DNA of 56,794 nt, the filler included, from Sphacelaria rigidula (lineage: Eukaryota): NCBI GenBank assembly GCA_964200075.2. It is 7 parts of 7 records of this genome, joined end to end, with 100 filler letters (N's around TTAATTAATTAA, not from the genome) between each part and the next. Parts side by side here need not be neighbours in the genome. Positions count along the whole stretch, not along the records: positions 32,513 to 40,540 come from CAXNAA020012587.1; positions 40,641 to 48,667 come from CAXNAA020012588.1; 5 more parts are not named here. One strand, given 5' to 3'. Every line of letters begins with the position of its first letter. The stretch's first letter is position 1. Position numbers and translations under genes: made by a program. Of this stretch, positions 36,081-48,580 are shown piece after piece. A model generated the notes under the pieces. That model made no database searches. It worked only from the letters and a program-made list of their open reading frames with translations, and was not told the origin of the DNA.

Positions 36081-36933
36081 ACTTAAGGGATGAAAGCTAA
36101 CACGAAAGCTCTCTTGATGGAATGTGAACATGTGTCTACGCGATGAAAACAATTTCCCCGCTGAGCACCAGAGTACACTCGACTGCACTAACGTGTGGTG
36201 ACACTCCAACCCTTCGTAGTGATGAGATAAACACATGCAACACTGCTGTTCCAGCCAGGTGTGAACGCTTTGCGGTATAATGTTGTCTTTATTTCATGCA
36301 AAATATACATATATATATATATATATTCGTCAGCATTCTAACGTTTACCCACCCTTCTTTGGGGCGAATCCGTCGCCTCAAGGGATCAACCCGCCTCTCC
36401 CTCCCCCCTTCACCTTCCTGATATTTTGTCATCGAGGATTTGCCCATCACTTCCCGCAGCGCGTTAAACTCTCGTTGAGTTTTCCTTGCTACAGAACTCA
36501 CGTCTTGCACGTCATATCAAACGCCGGGAAACAGATTCTTATAATAAGAAAACGTGTCAGCGGGGGATGTCGAATCCGCAATCTCCTGCCCTAGCAAAAC
36601 TGTCACTGGTGTTCCGTGCCAGCTAGACTACCAGGGCCCGGCGGCCTCCAAAACTGTGCAACATACACACACAAAAGTACGCATCTATATCTTTGTTTTT
36701 TTTGCTGTCCTTCGTGCCTTTTTTTTATTAGAATTTATTAGAAAAATCCATCTTATCTAGCTACTTTCCTTTATGGCGAGCCGGTTTCTGTTCAATTACC
36801 TTCAGTGTGCGCATACATACATCATCTTGTGAAGACCAAGGCTGGGTTATAACCATACTGTTTACGGCGGGCTACTTCATGTCACACAACCAAGAAACCA
36901 AGCAACCTCATCAACCAATCACCCGATACACAC

Positions 36934-37413
36934 CTGAACATGATCCACAACGCGGTCCCCGTTAAGATCCGCATATACCCCAGCGCCAGATGCCGCCGCA
37001 GGCAGCTTCACAACCCCCAACGGCTTACCGTCGGACAGAGCCACAGCCTCCAATCCATCCCTCGTGTGCGCCACCACGGCCACGACTGCTCCGCCGCCAC
37101 TACCGCCACCACTCCCATCACCGCTGCCATCGCCGCCGCCGCCACCTGAAGCGGCCGCCGACTCGCGGCGGCGTAGCACGGCAATCTTGAGGCGGGTATC
37201 AGCGGGGCCAGACCAGGCGTGGGGGAGGTGGTGACGGAGGGCGGCGTGGTATCGGCGGCCTGCTGGGACATTGTTATTGTTATTGTTGTTGTTGGTGGTG
37301 GTGGTGGTGGTGAGGAGCGGTTCTGCCTCCACTTCGTCTGTGAATGTCAGGTCGTCCAGCTCAGGCAGCTTGTACTGGGGTCTTGGGACGGCGCGGTCCT
37401 TCGGAAGCACCAT
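36934..37413 (-). CDS. FG-GAP repeat-containing protein (Arabidopsis NERD1-like), internal exon
   Basis: gaacag|ATG...CAG|gtgtgt, 480 nt. Motifs PQYKL, YHAALRHHLPHAW..PADTRL, VVAHTRDGLEAVAL..GK and GVYADLNGDRVVDHVQ (Ca-binding DxNGD), resembling the NERD1 family as recalled. Confidence 0.85.
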
Positions 37414-37868
37414 CTGTTCAAGAGCGTTTGTTGGTGTGGATCAGTGTAGCTTGGTTGGTTGGTTTGGTTGACATTGACTGACTCACGGCAATAGTAGCAT
37501 GTTGGGTGAACATAAGCGCTTTTCTTTCCAGGCAACCGAGACATTTGTTTCAACAACCGACCAACGCTACGCTAGTAAACTCATGAGACACACCCATGAC
37601 AACACATGCTTGGACATGACCATCCCACTGACACAGTATATATTAAAGCAGAAAAAAAAATAATGCTGTGCAGTAAAGCACAAGTGCCAAATCCAGCCCC
37701 CAGCTCTTGTGAGTCGAGCCCCCGCCGGCAAGTAGCCTCTCTCTCCCTCTCTCTCTCTCTCTATTTCTCTCTCTCTCCCTCTTTCTCTCCCTTTCCCTCT
37801 TTCTCTCTCTCTTGTACCCTTCTATCTACAGTAGTCCTTTCTCGCGCTCCCACCTTCTCTTGCGAGAC

Positions 37869-37973
37869 CTTGGCCACATGTTTCCAGATTTCGTGGCCCC
37901 CTGTCCCGTCCAATCCAAAGAATGAAAAGTGTTCCGCATTCCTCGTGTGCATCTCCTCGTCGCTCATGGCGGC
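37869..37973 (-). CDS. FG-GAP/NERD1-like protein, preceding exon
   Basis: gatag|GCC...; reads AAMSDEEMHTRNAEHFSFFGLDGTGGHEIWKHVAK, resembling the family motif HFxYYAxxGxTGxxxW. The donor is uncertain (37869, or 37854 with gtggga); both are phase 0. Confidence 0.7.
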
Positions 37974-38177
37974 CTATCTCCGGTCCAAGTCGCGTTGGTG
38001 TGCCAATCAGCCAATCAGGTTTGGGGGTACGGTTACGGGTTACGGGCACGGGCACGGGTACGGATATGGGTACGGATACGGGTAGGATGGATGGGACAGG
38101 TGGCCCACGCGATTCGAAATTTCGAGTAAGCTCGGGGGAGTAGCAAAGGCGGAATACTGTGATATATTCAAGGGTGG

Positions 38178-38390
38178 GACGAATCATCGCTGGTATCAAT
38201 CACTAAATCCATGAATTTCGAGGCCTGGTTGTTCGAAAGAGAGAAAAAAAAATCGACCGCGGGTAACAAAAGTCTCGACACAAGTGTTGTGCTAGTCCAC
38301 ATGCGTGTGGTGCGCGTGCGTGCCTGGGGCGCAACGCTGAAAAACAAAGCCCAAAGGCTGATTCGCACGGGTACAAATCAATCACACCGA
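38178..38390 (+). repeat. Dispersed repeat family X copy
   Basis: GGACGAATCATCGC...GCTGAAAAACAAAGCCCAA, as at 4781-4953. Confidence 0.7.
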
Positions 38391-38749
38391 AAGCACGTGA
38401 TGTTCAGACGAGCTGCTATTCGTCCGACTCTTGGGTTACCTGAGAGTCTGGTTGGTTGGTTGGTTGATAGTCGCACACAGACTGATATGTGATCAATCTA
38501 GCCGTGGTCACAAGGATACGGGCGTACTGCAGACTCTAATAGTACGTACCAACGATAACTCTCGCAGAAAATTCCGCACGCACATACTCGGTGAAAAACC
38601 ATAGAAAACCCGATAAAATAAAATAAAAGGGGGGGGGGGAGAGAGAAAAGGGAAGAAGGAAACGAGCAGAGCAGCACGCTGGATGAACAAAAACGAAGAA
38701 GAGAAAAAGAGAAGAAACGTAGAAAAAAAAAACAGGCGAAGAACTCGAG

Positions 38750-39005
38750 AGTGAATGCCGCGATATCCCCTCCCCTAAACCGACGCGAAACTGTCGCTAA
38801 GAAAATAGCCATAAAGCGCATGACAGCTGGCTTCAGACTGCATGAAGCGCCTCATGTGGGCGCCATTGGCGAAAAATATCCCCAGCATGGAAGTTTACAG
38901 CTGCTTGGTGTACTCGGCTCCTGTCATTTTGATATAAATATGTAGACTTTGCCTCCTCAAGCCAGCCACCTTTCTGGGGGGGGGGAAATCACGGCATCGG
39001 TCTCA
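38750..39005. mobile_element. MITE-like relative of 35826-36080
   Basis: Imperfect TIR ATGCCGCGATATCCCC / GGGGAAATCACGGCAT. Shared core TGCATGAAGCG.CTCATGTGGGCG.CATTGGCGA. Confidence 0.6.
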
Positions 39006-39309
39006 AGTGTTATGGTACCGGTTCCGATGAGACCAAGAGATTAAACCCAAGTATAGAATTTCGGAGAAAACAAATAATGGGTGAAGCACGTTTTTGATGT
39101 TAACGTCATGTGCAATTTTTTCAGTGTTCATTCAACTTCATTGTGTAGTATCTAAATGGGGGAATGCCATGGAATGACCGCAGCCATGGACTTGACTTCG
39201 TTTTTGTGCTATACTATGTATAGTAGAGACATGAACACATCGGAAAGTGAGCGTTATTGGCGGACGCAAAGAATCATGAGATTATAAGTCTTGACGAAAA
39301 ACTCTTGGG

Positions 39310-40400
39310 GAGGAAGCGGGGAGGCGTACTCATTCGTTGCTTGCCGTAGTCGTTTGACCATTGACAACGCATCACTTTCGAGACGGAGCACCGCTCCTAC
39401 TCCTAATATTGACACCTCCAATATTTGGGCGCTCACCACGCTTCTTCCATAGATTACATGAGAACCTTTTCCATATCGTTTCTCCTTCCTGTTTTGCCGT
39501 CTGTGGCCACTATCTATGTCCCAGTATAGCCATATGCCTAATGTATCGAACGATATCATGCCACTTTCGTTTACTTCCCACAATTCCCCCTCTAGCACTT
39601 CCCGTTCCTTGTATAGTTCACATTCTCCCACAATATGAGTTCTATTCTCCATTGCTTCGCCACGGGAGCAATTTTGTGCATCTATTTCCTCCTCCACTCG
39701 ACTACTGGTATACCTCTCCCTTCTTTTTGGTAGGTCCCTGTCCCCTACCCGAAAATCGCGCTTGAAAGTTTTTCGTGGAGTCCATCGGGTTGTGCAGATA
39801 TCTCTTCATCCCTCTCCCCTCTCTCAACCCCCCGTTCATCTTCAGGTGCTCTTTCTTCCTCGTCTATTTTCCGTCTTGGCGCTTATTTCCCCCTTATTTC
39901 TATCGTGCCTTTAACTTTTGTCTTGCATCCCTCGCATTCACTTATGGACATTATATCATCTTGGTTTCCTCCTATGCCCTTCCACTACTCTCCCAACTAT
40001 GCTATCCCACCTTATTCCAGCCTGCTCTTTCGGTATATTCTTCCATACAGCCCTATCGACTATGGTTGGCAATATATTTCTTTACTGTTCCTTACGTTAT
40101 ATTGATATTTCAATTTTCTCATGTCTCCATTTTTTCACGTTCCCAATTCTGCTCTCAGTGCTGTGTTACTCGCCATTTTTGAGCATCCAAGTACTTTCTT
40201 GGCTGCTGTCATCTGTACTGTTTTCAGCTGCTTCATCAACTTCGCGTTCCCCTCCCATACTTCACCTGCATATTCCAGCTTCGGTACTATCACATTCAGC
40301 AAAACACGTATCTTAATCCTAGTATCCAGGTACGACTTTCCCAGGATCACGTCCATCTCGGCTATCTGTGTCTTACCCTTTATATTACTGATGTGTGCGT
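39310..40400 (-). mobile_element. Decayed RTEX-like LINE, 3' ~1.1 kb
   Basis: LNVIVPKLEYAGEVWEGNAKLMKQLKTVQMTAAKKVLGCSK..SNTALRAELG, a degenerate CCHC region ENRTHIVGECELYKE, and the shared 3' end with C-rich tail. Confidence 0.88.
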
Positions 40401-40424
40401 GGAGGAGGGGGGTGCGCGGAGGAG

Positions 40425-40540
40425 ATGGGGGAGGTACTCATGATCATGCATGCCGTAGTCATCTGACCGTTGGTCTCGCATCCCCACAAAGTCGGGGCGG
40501 AGCACGCCGGGTTTTCGCCGGACCAGGCTCGCACTCAATC
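40425..40540 (-). mobile_element. 3' end of a related LINE subfamily (as at 7927-8028)
   Basis: GGG..TACTCATGAT..TGCATGCCGTAGTCAT...CTCGCATCCC is shared with 7930-8028. Confidence 0.55.
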
Positions 40541-41888
40541 NNNNNNNNNNNNNNNNNNNNNNNNNNNNNNNNNNNNNNNNNNNNTTAATTAATTAANNNN
40601 NNNNNNNNNNNNNNNNNNNNNNNNNNNNNNNNNNNNNNNNAGAGACACCTCCAACATCCTGGCGCTCATTACTTTCTTCCCGTAGCTCATTACGGTTCTT
40701 CCATACATTACACACATTTTTGATGGGGGGGGGGGGGTAGATGCAGCATTCCACACTCCCTCATCACTTCTGGGGTTGACGATCGGTCGGGATAGTACTC
40801 GTTCCACCCTAAAAACTACCCATTTCCCTCTCTCGCTTTTTTCGGGGTCCCATTCTTGCCGGGTGTACTCCACTTGCGTTTCCCCCCGACGTACGCAGTC
40901 CTGGAAGAAACCTTCCAAGCCGGGAATTCCTGAATAGTGTCGCCAAGCTCCGCAATGGATGGATGCGTTATTTTTTTGCATGCATTCCATAATATTCTTA
41001 GAAAGTAGATCACACCGGGCGTGCGGGTCTCAATACGCCAGCACATGAACACGAACGAACTATGAGCGGCAGAACGTGTTGTTCGCAGGCTCAGCGAGTG
41101 CCGACGGAGGAAGCATGAGGGGTATCGGGGATGGGGATAGAAGGAAACCGCAAGATATCGGAGGCAGCGAGGGGGAGGCCACCAGGCGATCCACCTCTAG
41201 ACGTCGACCGAAGATCAGCGCTAGCACGGCTAAGTTTCTGGGGAAAATTGAGACGGTGAGAAATCTGCTGCAACACACGACCGGATATATGAGGTAAATA
41301 TGTATGTACACACCGGCATAAATTATTGTGCTACAGTCAATCAAACTCAATCAAATTCCTTGTAAAGTACATGGATGGTCTCGAAGAACGCACTCTTCTT
41401 ATTCCCATCGAAAGAGACCACACCCTGAATAATGACAATATAATACACAGCAAAAAAGTGTACAGCGGACAGTATCGACTACTGCGCCTATTGCAACAGA
41501 CAATAGATTCCCTTCTGTACGCAGTACATTTTCTTCACAAAAGAATATATTGCCCAGGGTGTGAAAGCGACGCAGTGTTTCTGGTCTCCCTGTTTGTAAA
41601 TCATTCACGTATTTTTTCCCGTCTAATACCGTATCAGTGCTTGTGTGTCTACATAATATAAACGAAGAGAATAAACCAACAGAGACGTCCGACAAAGAAC
41701 TGGGAAGGATCTTGAGAAAATAGCCGACAGGCCTCTAATATTGATCCTCTGTGGGCTATCTGTTCCACTCGACATCATATTCACTTGAGGAGCAAAGGGA
41801 AGACCTAGGTAAAACGCACCCTAGCAGTCAAGGGGTTTGATTACATGAAAAAAAGGGCTCGAGAGTGTGTCAGACGATATAACACACT

Positions 41889-42352
41889 CGCGGGTGCGCT
41901 TCACAGCCGATCATCGAGATTGAGGATGGAGCTTTTCATTGAGAATGATAACCCGGAAAAATTAAAATTTTCGCATCCACACCAATTCTTCGAGATATGG
42001 TTCTATTCGTTCATCTGCTGGTAGCTAGTGACAACCACTACACACCATGGAATTTGAGATCTCGATGACCGAAGTTTGGGGGTCCTAAGTGATAAAAGAA
42101 AACGTTGGGAATTTGATCTGGCCGGATCGCCTTAATTCCCAAGAATTCCCTAGGACCCCCAGATTTCGGTCATTGGAATCCATTTTTCCATGGCGTGCAG
42201 TAGTTGCCAATAGCTACGAGCCAGCAGATGAAGGAATATAACCATATTCCGAAGAATTGGCGTGGATGCGAAGGTTTTTAATTTTCCGGGTTATCATCCG
42301 CAATAAAATGCTCCATCCTCAATTTTGATGATTGGCTGTTGCGTGCACTCGG
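41889..42352. mobile_element. Foldback MITE with ~200-bp imperfect arms
   Basis: ACAGCCGATCATCGAGATTGAGGATGGAGC...ATAACCCGGAAAA...GGGGGTCCTA versus its reverse complement at 42151-42340. Confidence 0.85.
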
Positions 42353-43374
42353 GTAAAAGCGGTGTCAAACAGTATGAATGAGCGTTATATATATATATAT
42401 ATATGTCGGTAACAATCGCCTTTGGACAACCGTTGCTGCTTTCAATGATCATTTGACGTGGAATTTCGCAGAAGGAATGGCTGAAGTATTTCCCCCCTCC
42501 CTATCGTAGCATAACGCGGAACTTGAAGCACGTAGAGGCAGCACGTTCGTCCTTTCAAACAGACGAACTATATCAATCTCGTGTGATCAAATGCTTCATA
42601 CGACTCTGGTCCTTGAGCGCTTCCAACGCATGGTCCAGTGGTACCGTTTGCGAGGAAATTTACCGCGAGCGCGGTATCTGTTTTCGTTGCAAGGTCACTT
42701 CTTGTTGCCCGAAAAGATAACCCGAGAAATGCCCGGGCGGTGGCTTTTTTCCCGACAACGCTTCACGACGAAAACAGTTCCCGAAACTGTTTTTCTGACT
42801 TTTCTGGACAAAGTTTGGCGGGTTCGACATTACGAAGATGGGGCGCAGGCCCGGGTGATGCCTGTTATCGTTCATTTCGTGCGCGAAACAGCGACCACTG
42901 CACTGTCGTCTACAGCTGTGAACTGTCTGTACCTCATATTTCCTTCCTTATACGTACTGTACAACGGTACTCGGTCTGTGCGGCTGTGCTCCATATAGTG
43001 ACAGTTTTGTGCTGCAGCTGTGTATAGTGGCTGGATTGCACTGTTGCGCAGCCGTACTCCGTGTGTGCTGCCTATCCTGTGCTATGTTCACTTGTGTGCA
43101 TGTGCTATTTGTTTAGCTACGTGCGGCGTTCTTCATTGGAGGCGTTTTCGATAAACTCCGTTTCTGACGAGCTTTGATCTCTCTGAAAACACTCTGATTT
43201 TCCCGCCGGAAACAGCACGTATCTGGCAACATCCTCAATCTCACAGACGTTTTTCTCCAGAAGGGGGCCCAAAAGAAACGGTTTCAGAAACATCTTGGAA
43301 ACATAACCCCGAACTTCTCGCTAGATATTTGTTTTTAGCACAAGAAGTGGCCTCGGTGATCATCGTATATTTTC

Positions 43375-43949
43375 CATACGTCGGACGAGTACGAGGTTGA
43401 CTTCTGGCATTCGCGCTCGTTGGGACGCTTGTTGGCCGTTATTGGAGGTCTTCGAGCACTGGAGTCACTGCTCGTTGTGGAAAAATTAATAGGGCGAGTA
43501 CTCGCGTCATTATTCGTTGTGGAAACATTAATAGGGCGAGCACTCGAGTCATTGCTGGTAGTGGGGAAAATAATAGGGATAGTACTCTCGGCATTTCTTG
43601 TTGTGGAAAAATTAAGAGGGCGAGTACTCGAGTCATTGCTCGTTGTGGAAAATTGAAAGGGCGAGTACTCGAGTCATTGCTCATCTTGGAAAATTGAGAG
43701 GGCGAGTACTCGAGTCATTGCTCATCTTGGAAAATTGAGAGGGCGAGTACTCGAGTCATTGCTCGTTGTGGAAAATTGAAAGGGCGAGTACTCGAGTCAT
43801 CGCTCATCTTGGAAAATTGAGAGGGCGAGTACTCGACTCATTGCTCGTCTTGGAAAATTAACAGGGCGAGTACTCGAGTCATGCTCGTTGTGTATTCAAA
43901 AACATCCACGAGTGCACTCGTTTCGGCGAGTAATGACTCGTCCGACGTG
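43375..43949. mobile_element. Non-autonomous DNA transposon with 8-bp TSD and an internal 41-42-bp tandem array
   Basis: TSD ATATTTTC at 43367-43374 and 43950-43957. TIR core ACGTCGGACGAGT. About 11 units of GGGCGAGTACTCGAGTCATTGCTC.T..TGGAAAATT. Confidence 0.85.
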
Positions 43950-44362
43950 ATATTTTCATCACCTGGATATTTCTTCCGCTCGATCGTTTTTCTTCAGCGC
44001 GTGTTTCACTTTTGTTTTGTCTCGGCTACGTCCATCATGTGACCACGGCTGGATTCCTGGGGGGTCACTTAAAGTGCGACAATCAATCAACGAAGATGTA
44101 GTGTACAGAAGTTTGAAAGTACGACGGCAGAACACCAGACGTGTGAGGGTGCGCGTTTCTGCCGTATCATGTCCCAAAAAACTTTGTAGTTAAAAAAAAA
44201 GAAATAAAGATGTCCCCCACCCGTACCATCGCCGCCGTCGCCGCGCCCCCGCCATCTGACGTATTAAAAAAATCGTGCGTCGATCTGAACAGACACACCA
44301 ACGCACTACCGTACTGTACTGTACCGTGTCTGCTTCTCTAGGAAGAGCTAGAGATTCGTGCA

Positions 44363-46320
44363 ATGACATCTGTGCGCTCTAGGAGTAGACATAAGAAGAA
44401 CAAGCATGGGTTTGACCACGGCAAAGAAGAAGGGCACGGTGGCGAGTGCGGCGCCGACATCAGCAAAAGCGGATCTCGCACTGGTGACATGTCGGCGGGC
44501 TTTTCTCCTTCCGCGAACTACAGCAGCAGTGCGGGTGGTCGACCACCTCCCATAGCGTCTCCCATAGCGTCGTCGGCTTACCTCAGCATGAACCGGCACA
44601 CCTTCCCCGGGGCCAGCAACACAAATGGGAGCGGAGGACGTGGACACAGTGATCGTCCACGTCGAAGATCTTCTCGTGGTTCAGGAGAAATGTCGCGAGA
44701 ACCTGGGATTAGTAGCTGGATGTCGAGCAGTGAGGTCTGTGATGTTGGTGGCAGCGGTGCGGATGGTGGGGGTGACCAAGGTGCCGATGGATTTGTTGAG
44801 CTTCGTGATGGCATGGATGCCACAGGAAGGGGCGGAATGTCACGGTCAACGCCCGAAGGTAGGCACACTCAAGCTCGATGGATAAGACAGTGGCGGATAC
44901 GCAGCACGTGGAGAGCAAGACGAGACATCTCGATGGAAGGAGATGTTATTAAAAAATAATAGGGAATAGTCATCCAATACTTCCGCAGGCGGTGCGCAGA
45001 AAAGCTGACATCGACTCTCAGCCATGTGTGTCGTCCTCGGAAAGGTGTTACTGCTGTTTACTGCCTTCAAGTATTGATGTTTTTTGCGAATCACCAATGG
45101 CTAAATGGGCTTGCTATAAAACAGGACGGAACGAAGAACATCTCTGATCATGCTCGTATTAACCGAATATCGCAGGGCTCGGGACACCGGCTACAGCGAC
45201 GTCGCCATGGGGAGGAATTGCTAGGCGTAGCAGCACGGCTTCGTCTAGTGGTAGAGCGTTTGAAAGCAGGGGAGGCGAGAGCAGGTGAGCGCACAATGAG
45301 CCTTTTAGCTGTCGCCTGAAGGGTGCCACAATTGACGGAAGATCCATCACCGCCCGTATTTCACCGTAGCGGATTACCTCTGAAGATTTTGCACCTCTGT
45401 GTGACACGCTGCTATTGAGCTTTGGGTACGTTCCCTAGGCAAGTACTCGGAAGTGATGTGATGTGATCTGAGGGCGAGGCTAAACAAGGCCAACCCTCCA
45501 TAGAACTGTCCCCACATACATCACTGTCACCGTCAAGTCGTTTACCATCCTCTCTCCGCCTCCCCCATCCTTGCCCCGTCTCGCTGTGCCGGCCCCCTCA
45601 CTAAATGTTGGTCCTTCTGTTCAGGAGAAGTTCCGGCACCCCTCACAGAGAAGGGTTTTTGTCTACAGCAGTCTTGGAGGAACGCGCTTTCTGAGAATAA
45701 AGCATGCGACAGGGATGGGGATAGACGAAATTGAAGCGATAGAGGAAGGTATAGGGGAATGTGATACATATTGGATTGAGGATAGCGCTTGGCTTCGAGA
45801 CCGTCTAGAACACGGGCGTTTCCTGGGGGTCGAAGGTGGATGGATGTTCCCCTGTGTTGCACCACATGCCCAAGATGATGCGGTTAATTATTGCTCGAAT
45901 TTAAGATTCTTGGATCATGGACGAACATGTACCGTGGTATTACTGGAGGTGAAGGATATGCCATTCGATCGCCCTCCGACGCTGACATCGGTGAAAGGTG
46001 TGCCAATCGTTACATCTCCAACTTTCACCCGTCACCAGTACACCGTATCATGATGGTCATCGGGGAAATCAAATCCAGTCAAGGATCATCCTGACCCAGT
46101 TGCGTCATTGTGATTTTGTCCTCGGCTCCCGCTTCCGCTCTCCGCCCTGACATATCCACTGCGAGATTCGTCGATTTCTCGATACTGTGGAAGTATGTCT
46201 ACACGAAGGGTACCCGTGAAAAAGCGCTCCCGGCACAAGAAAATGTGCAAACAATCCTGGAGACTCAGCGATGCTCTTTTGCACATGCTACGGAATGTGC
46301 ACTTCATTCGGTCGAGTAAC
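44363..46320 (+). pseudogene. Decayed, unidentified protein-coding sequence (possibly TE-derived)
   Basis: Successive plus-strand ORFs (198, 97, 160 and 69 aa), with a Ser/Gly-rich start followed by globular-looking sequence. No recognisable family motif. Confidence 0.3.
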
Positions 46321-46363
46321 TTTTGAGGTGGAAATTAGGGAGGATATTTTCGTTCGATATTCT

Positions 46364-48580
46364 TTAAAATTGAAAATCTGCTGCATACGACAGTATCCCG
46401 GAGAGAATTGCTGAATACTGCAGGGAAACGTGTCTGACATACGCCGCGTGAAGAGCGCTGCTATTATATAAATTGCCGGGAAAGAAGAGGATTTTTTTTA
46501 CCGCACACACTAGCAGGCCATTTTCATTTTTAGTTGCATACGGTTCGAATGCGAGGGGTATATTTTGTGTTGAGTTCAGACACTCTCCGTGGGCCAATGT
46601 GATACTTGCCCTATTTTTTTCGAGAGTGTTCCTTAGACTCGAACGGTAGTGTACTCATTCGCAGGGTTCGAAAATACTCGAGGCGAGGGTTGAAGGTAAG
46701 TGCCCACCATCTGTCGGAGTTTGCGCGAGTAAGCAGCATCCAACACTGGAATTCACACCAGCCGGACTTGAAATGACAAATCAGTTGATCAACCATATCC
46801 ATCCCGGCATCCCGTCATGTGCGTATTTAAGTGCAGAACGCAAGGCAGCCACCAGCTACACGGTGTGTGCCCCGCAATCCCCAACAACACGCTGCGACAA
46901 ACGGTAAACATGTGGAACCCCTCGGGATCATAATCGGGGTTCTCACCGTTAAAGATAGTTTTGTACTCCACCTCCCACGGCTTGCATTGGCACTTGGTGC
47001 ATGGCGATGCTTTGGCTGGCCCACGTTTTACGCCGACTTGAACCTTTTCTCTCCAATACCCTTCCTTTTTCACACGAATGTTGGATTTTTACGCGCGATT
47101 TCCATTTCTTGTGAACGACGAAGGTTTGCACTGCGCCTACAAACACCTTGAACCTTGTGGCGGTATACTGTAGTTGTGAGGATACCATTGAGAGATCAAG
47201 CTTGCACAGACCTTCGAAAATGCACTCAGAATCATGTATGGAGTACGATTTTGATCACCAGGTCGACCGGCGTTTGCAAATGGGGGGCATCTCCCCAACT
47301 GCAGACGCTATCATATAAAGGCAGCATGTGCGCGGGAATCCCAGTCTCGCGTACTTTGGCGTGTTCAAGCGCTTCGTTGAAAAAGGTTACCCGCCGCCTA
47401 CTTGAACTTGCTCTGTACATCCATAATATGCTTTAGGCATAGTACATGCATTGAACAGGTACTATCTCGTGTACAGAGGGGTACAACGTGGATTTGAAGT
47501 ACCTTCTTGAACTACTGCAGCATCGCAGACGTCACGACAGACGCGCGGGGCTGAAACGTCAAATCCCAGCCGATGCTACCGTAATTCCGAAGGTCGCTCG
47601 CCGGGCTGTCGCCGACATCGCCACGTGGGCGCAACTTTGGGTTAGCAAGTACATATCGGATTTCCCTGGCAAAAATCGGGTGGAATGTTGGGGTCGAAGA
47701 TTGTTCGCCCGAATATGGGTTACCTTGCGACGGTGACGTAGCGTTCGGTCGGTACAGCTGAGTCGGTGCTACCTCGAGCACAGGAGGTTCAATGTTCGCG
47801 TTTCATCGTCGTTTGCCCGTCTGTCCCCGACCTCGGGATTGTGGTGTCGTGTTCGGTTGACACACCAAAGCTAATAATGCTACCTCGAACAAGCGTGCAA
47901 ATGCTTGTCTTTGAAGGTTGCCAGCCCGGCGGTCGCTGACCTCGTGACGACTGTGAAGGGTTGGGTTGGCAAATCGGAGCTGGTGCAACCTCCACTGCAG
48001 GGGGTGCAGTATCGGGTTCGAAGGTGACCCGCCTGTCTTTGATGGACCTCGCAACAGGTTGAAGGCTCGAGTTGGCGATTCAACCGGGCGTGCCCTCGAG
48101 CTAAGGAGTTGTAATGTTTGGGTTTGGCGGTCTCTCGCACGGCCATTGCTGACGTCGTCGCGTTAAGGAGACCTTGGAATTGGGTCCGCGTATCCAAGCC
48201 GGTGGGACCTCGACCACAGGGGGTGCAATCTTGGGCATGAAAGTTGCTTGCACGGCCGTCGCCGACCCCACGACAGGGTGCGCTTGCAGTGTTAGGTATA
48301 CGGTATCAGCTGCGTATACAAATAACCTCACATGTGAGGAGGGGGGCCGCCGTCGGGGGATTGGCGAGCAGGTGTTGCATAATGTTAACACCGGTGACAT
48401 GCGGTTATCCATGCGTAGTTCTCGGTCATAAAAACTACAGGTTGGATGTATGCCGGGACTACGCTGCTGGAAAGGGTGCGTAGGGCGTGGGGAAGCGCAG
48501 CACTGTCGTTTGATCGTACCTAGCGGTTCGTTACGGTCTGTGGCAGTTCTGATGACAAGCCCTGTGTGGAAAAATTGCAC
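46364..48580 (-). pseudogene. Decayed, unidentified coding sequence converging on the previous one
   Basis: Fragmented minus-strand ORFs with a thrice-repeated peptide (VEVPPAWIRGPN, EVAPAPICQPN, LEVAPTQLYRPN) and a CTKCQC cluster. Confidence 0.3.

Noticed and set aside
43450-43890. CRISPR-like array with palindromic repeats
   Set aside because: The units are contiguous tandem copies with no unique spacers, lie inside a TIR/TSD-bounded element, and there are no cas genes.
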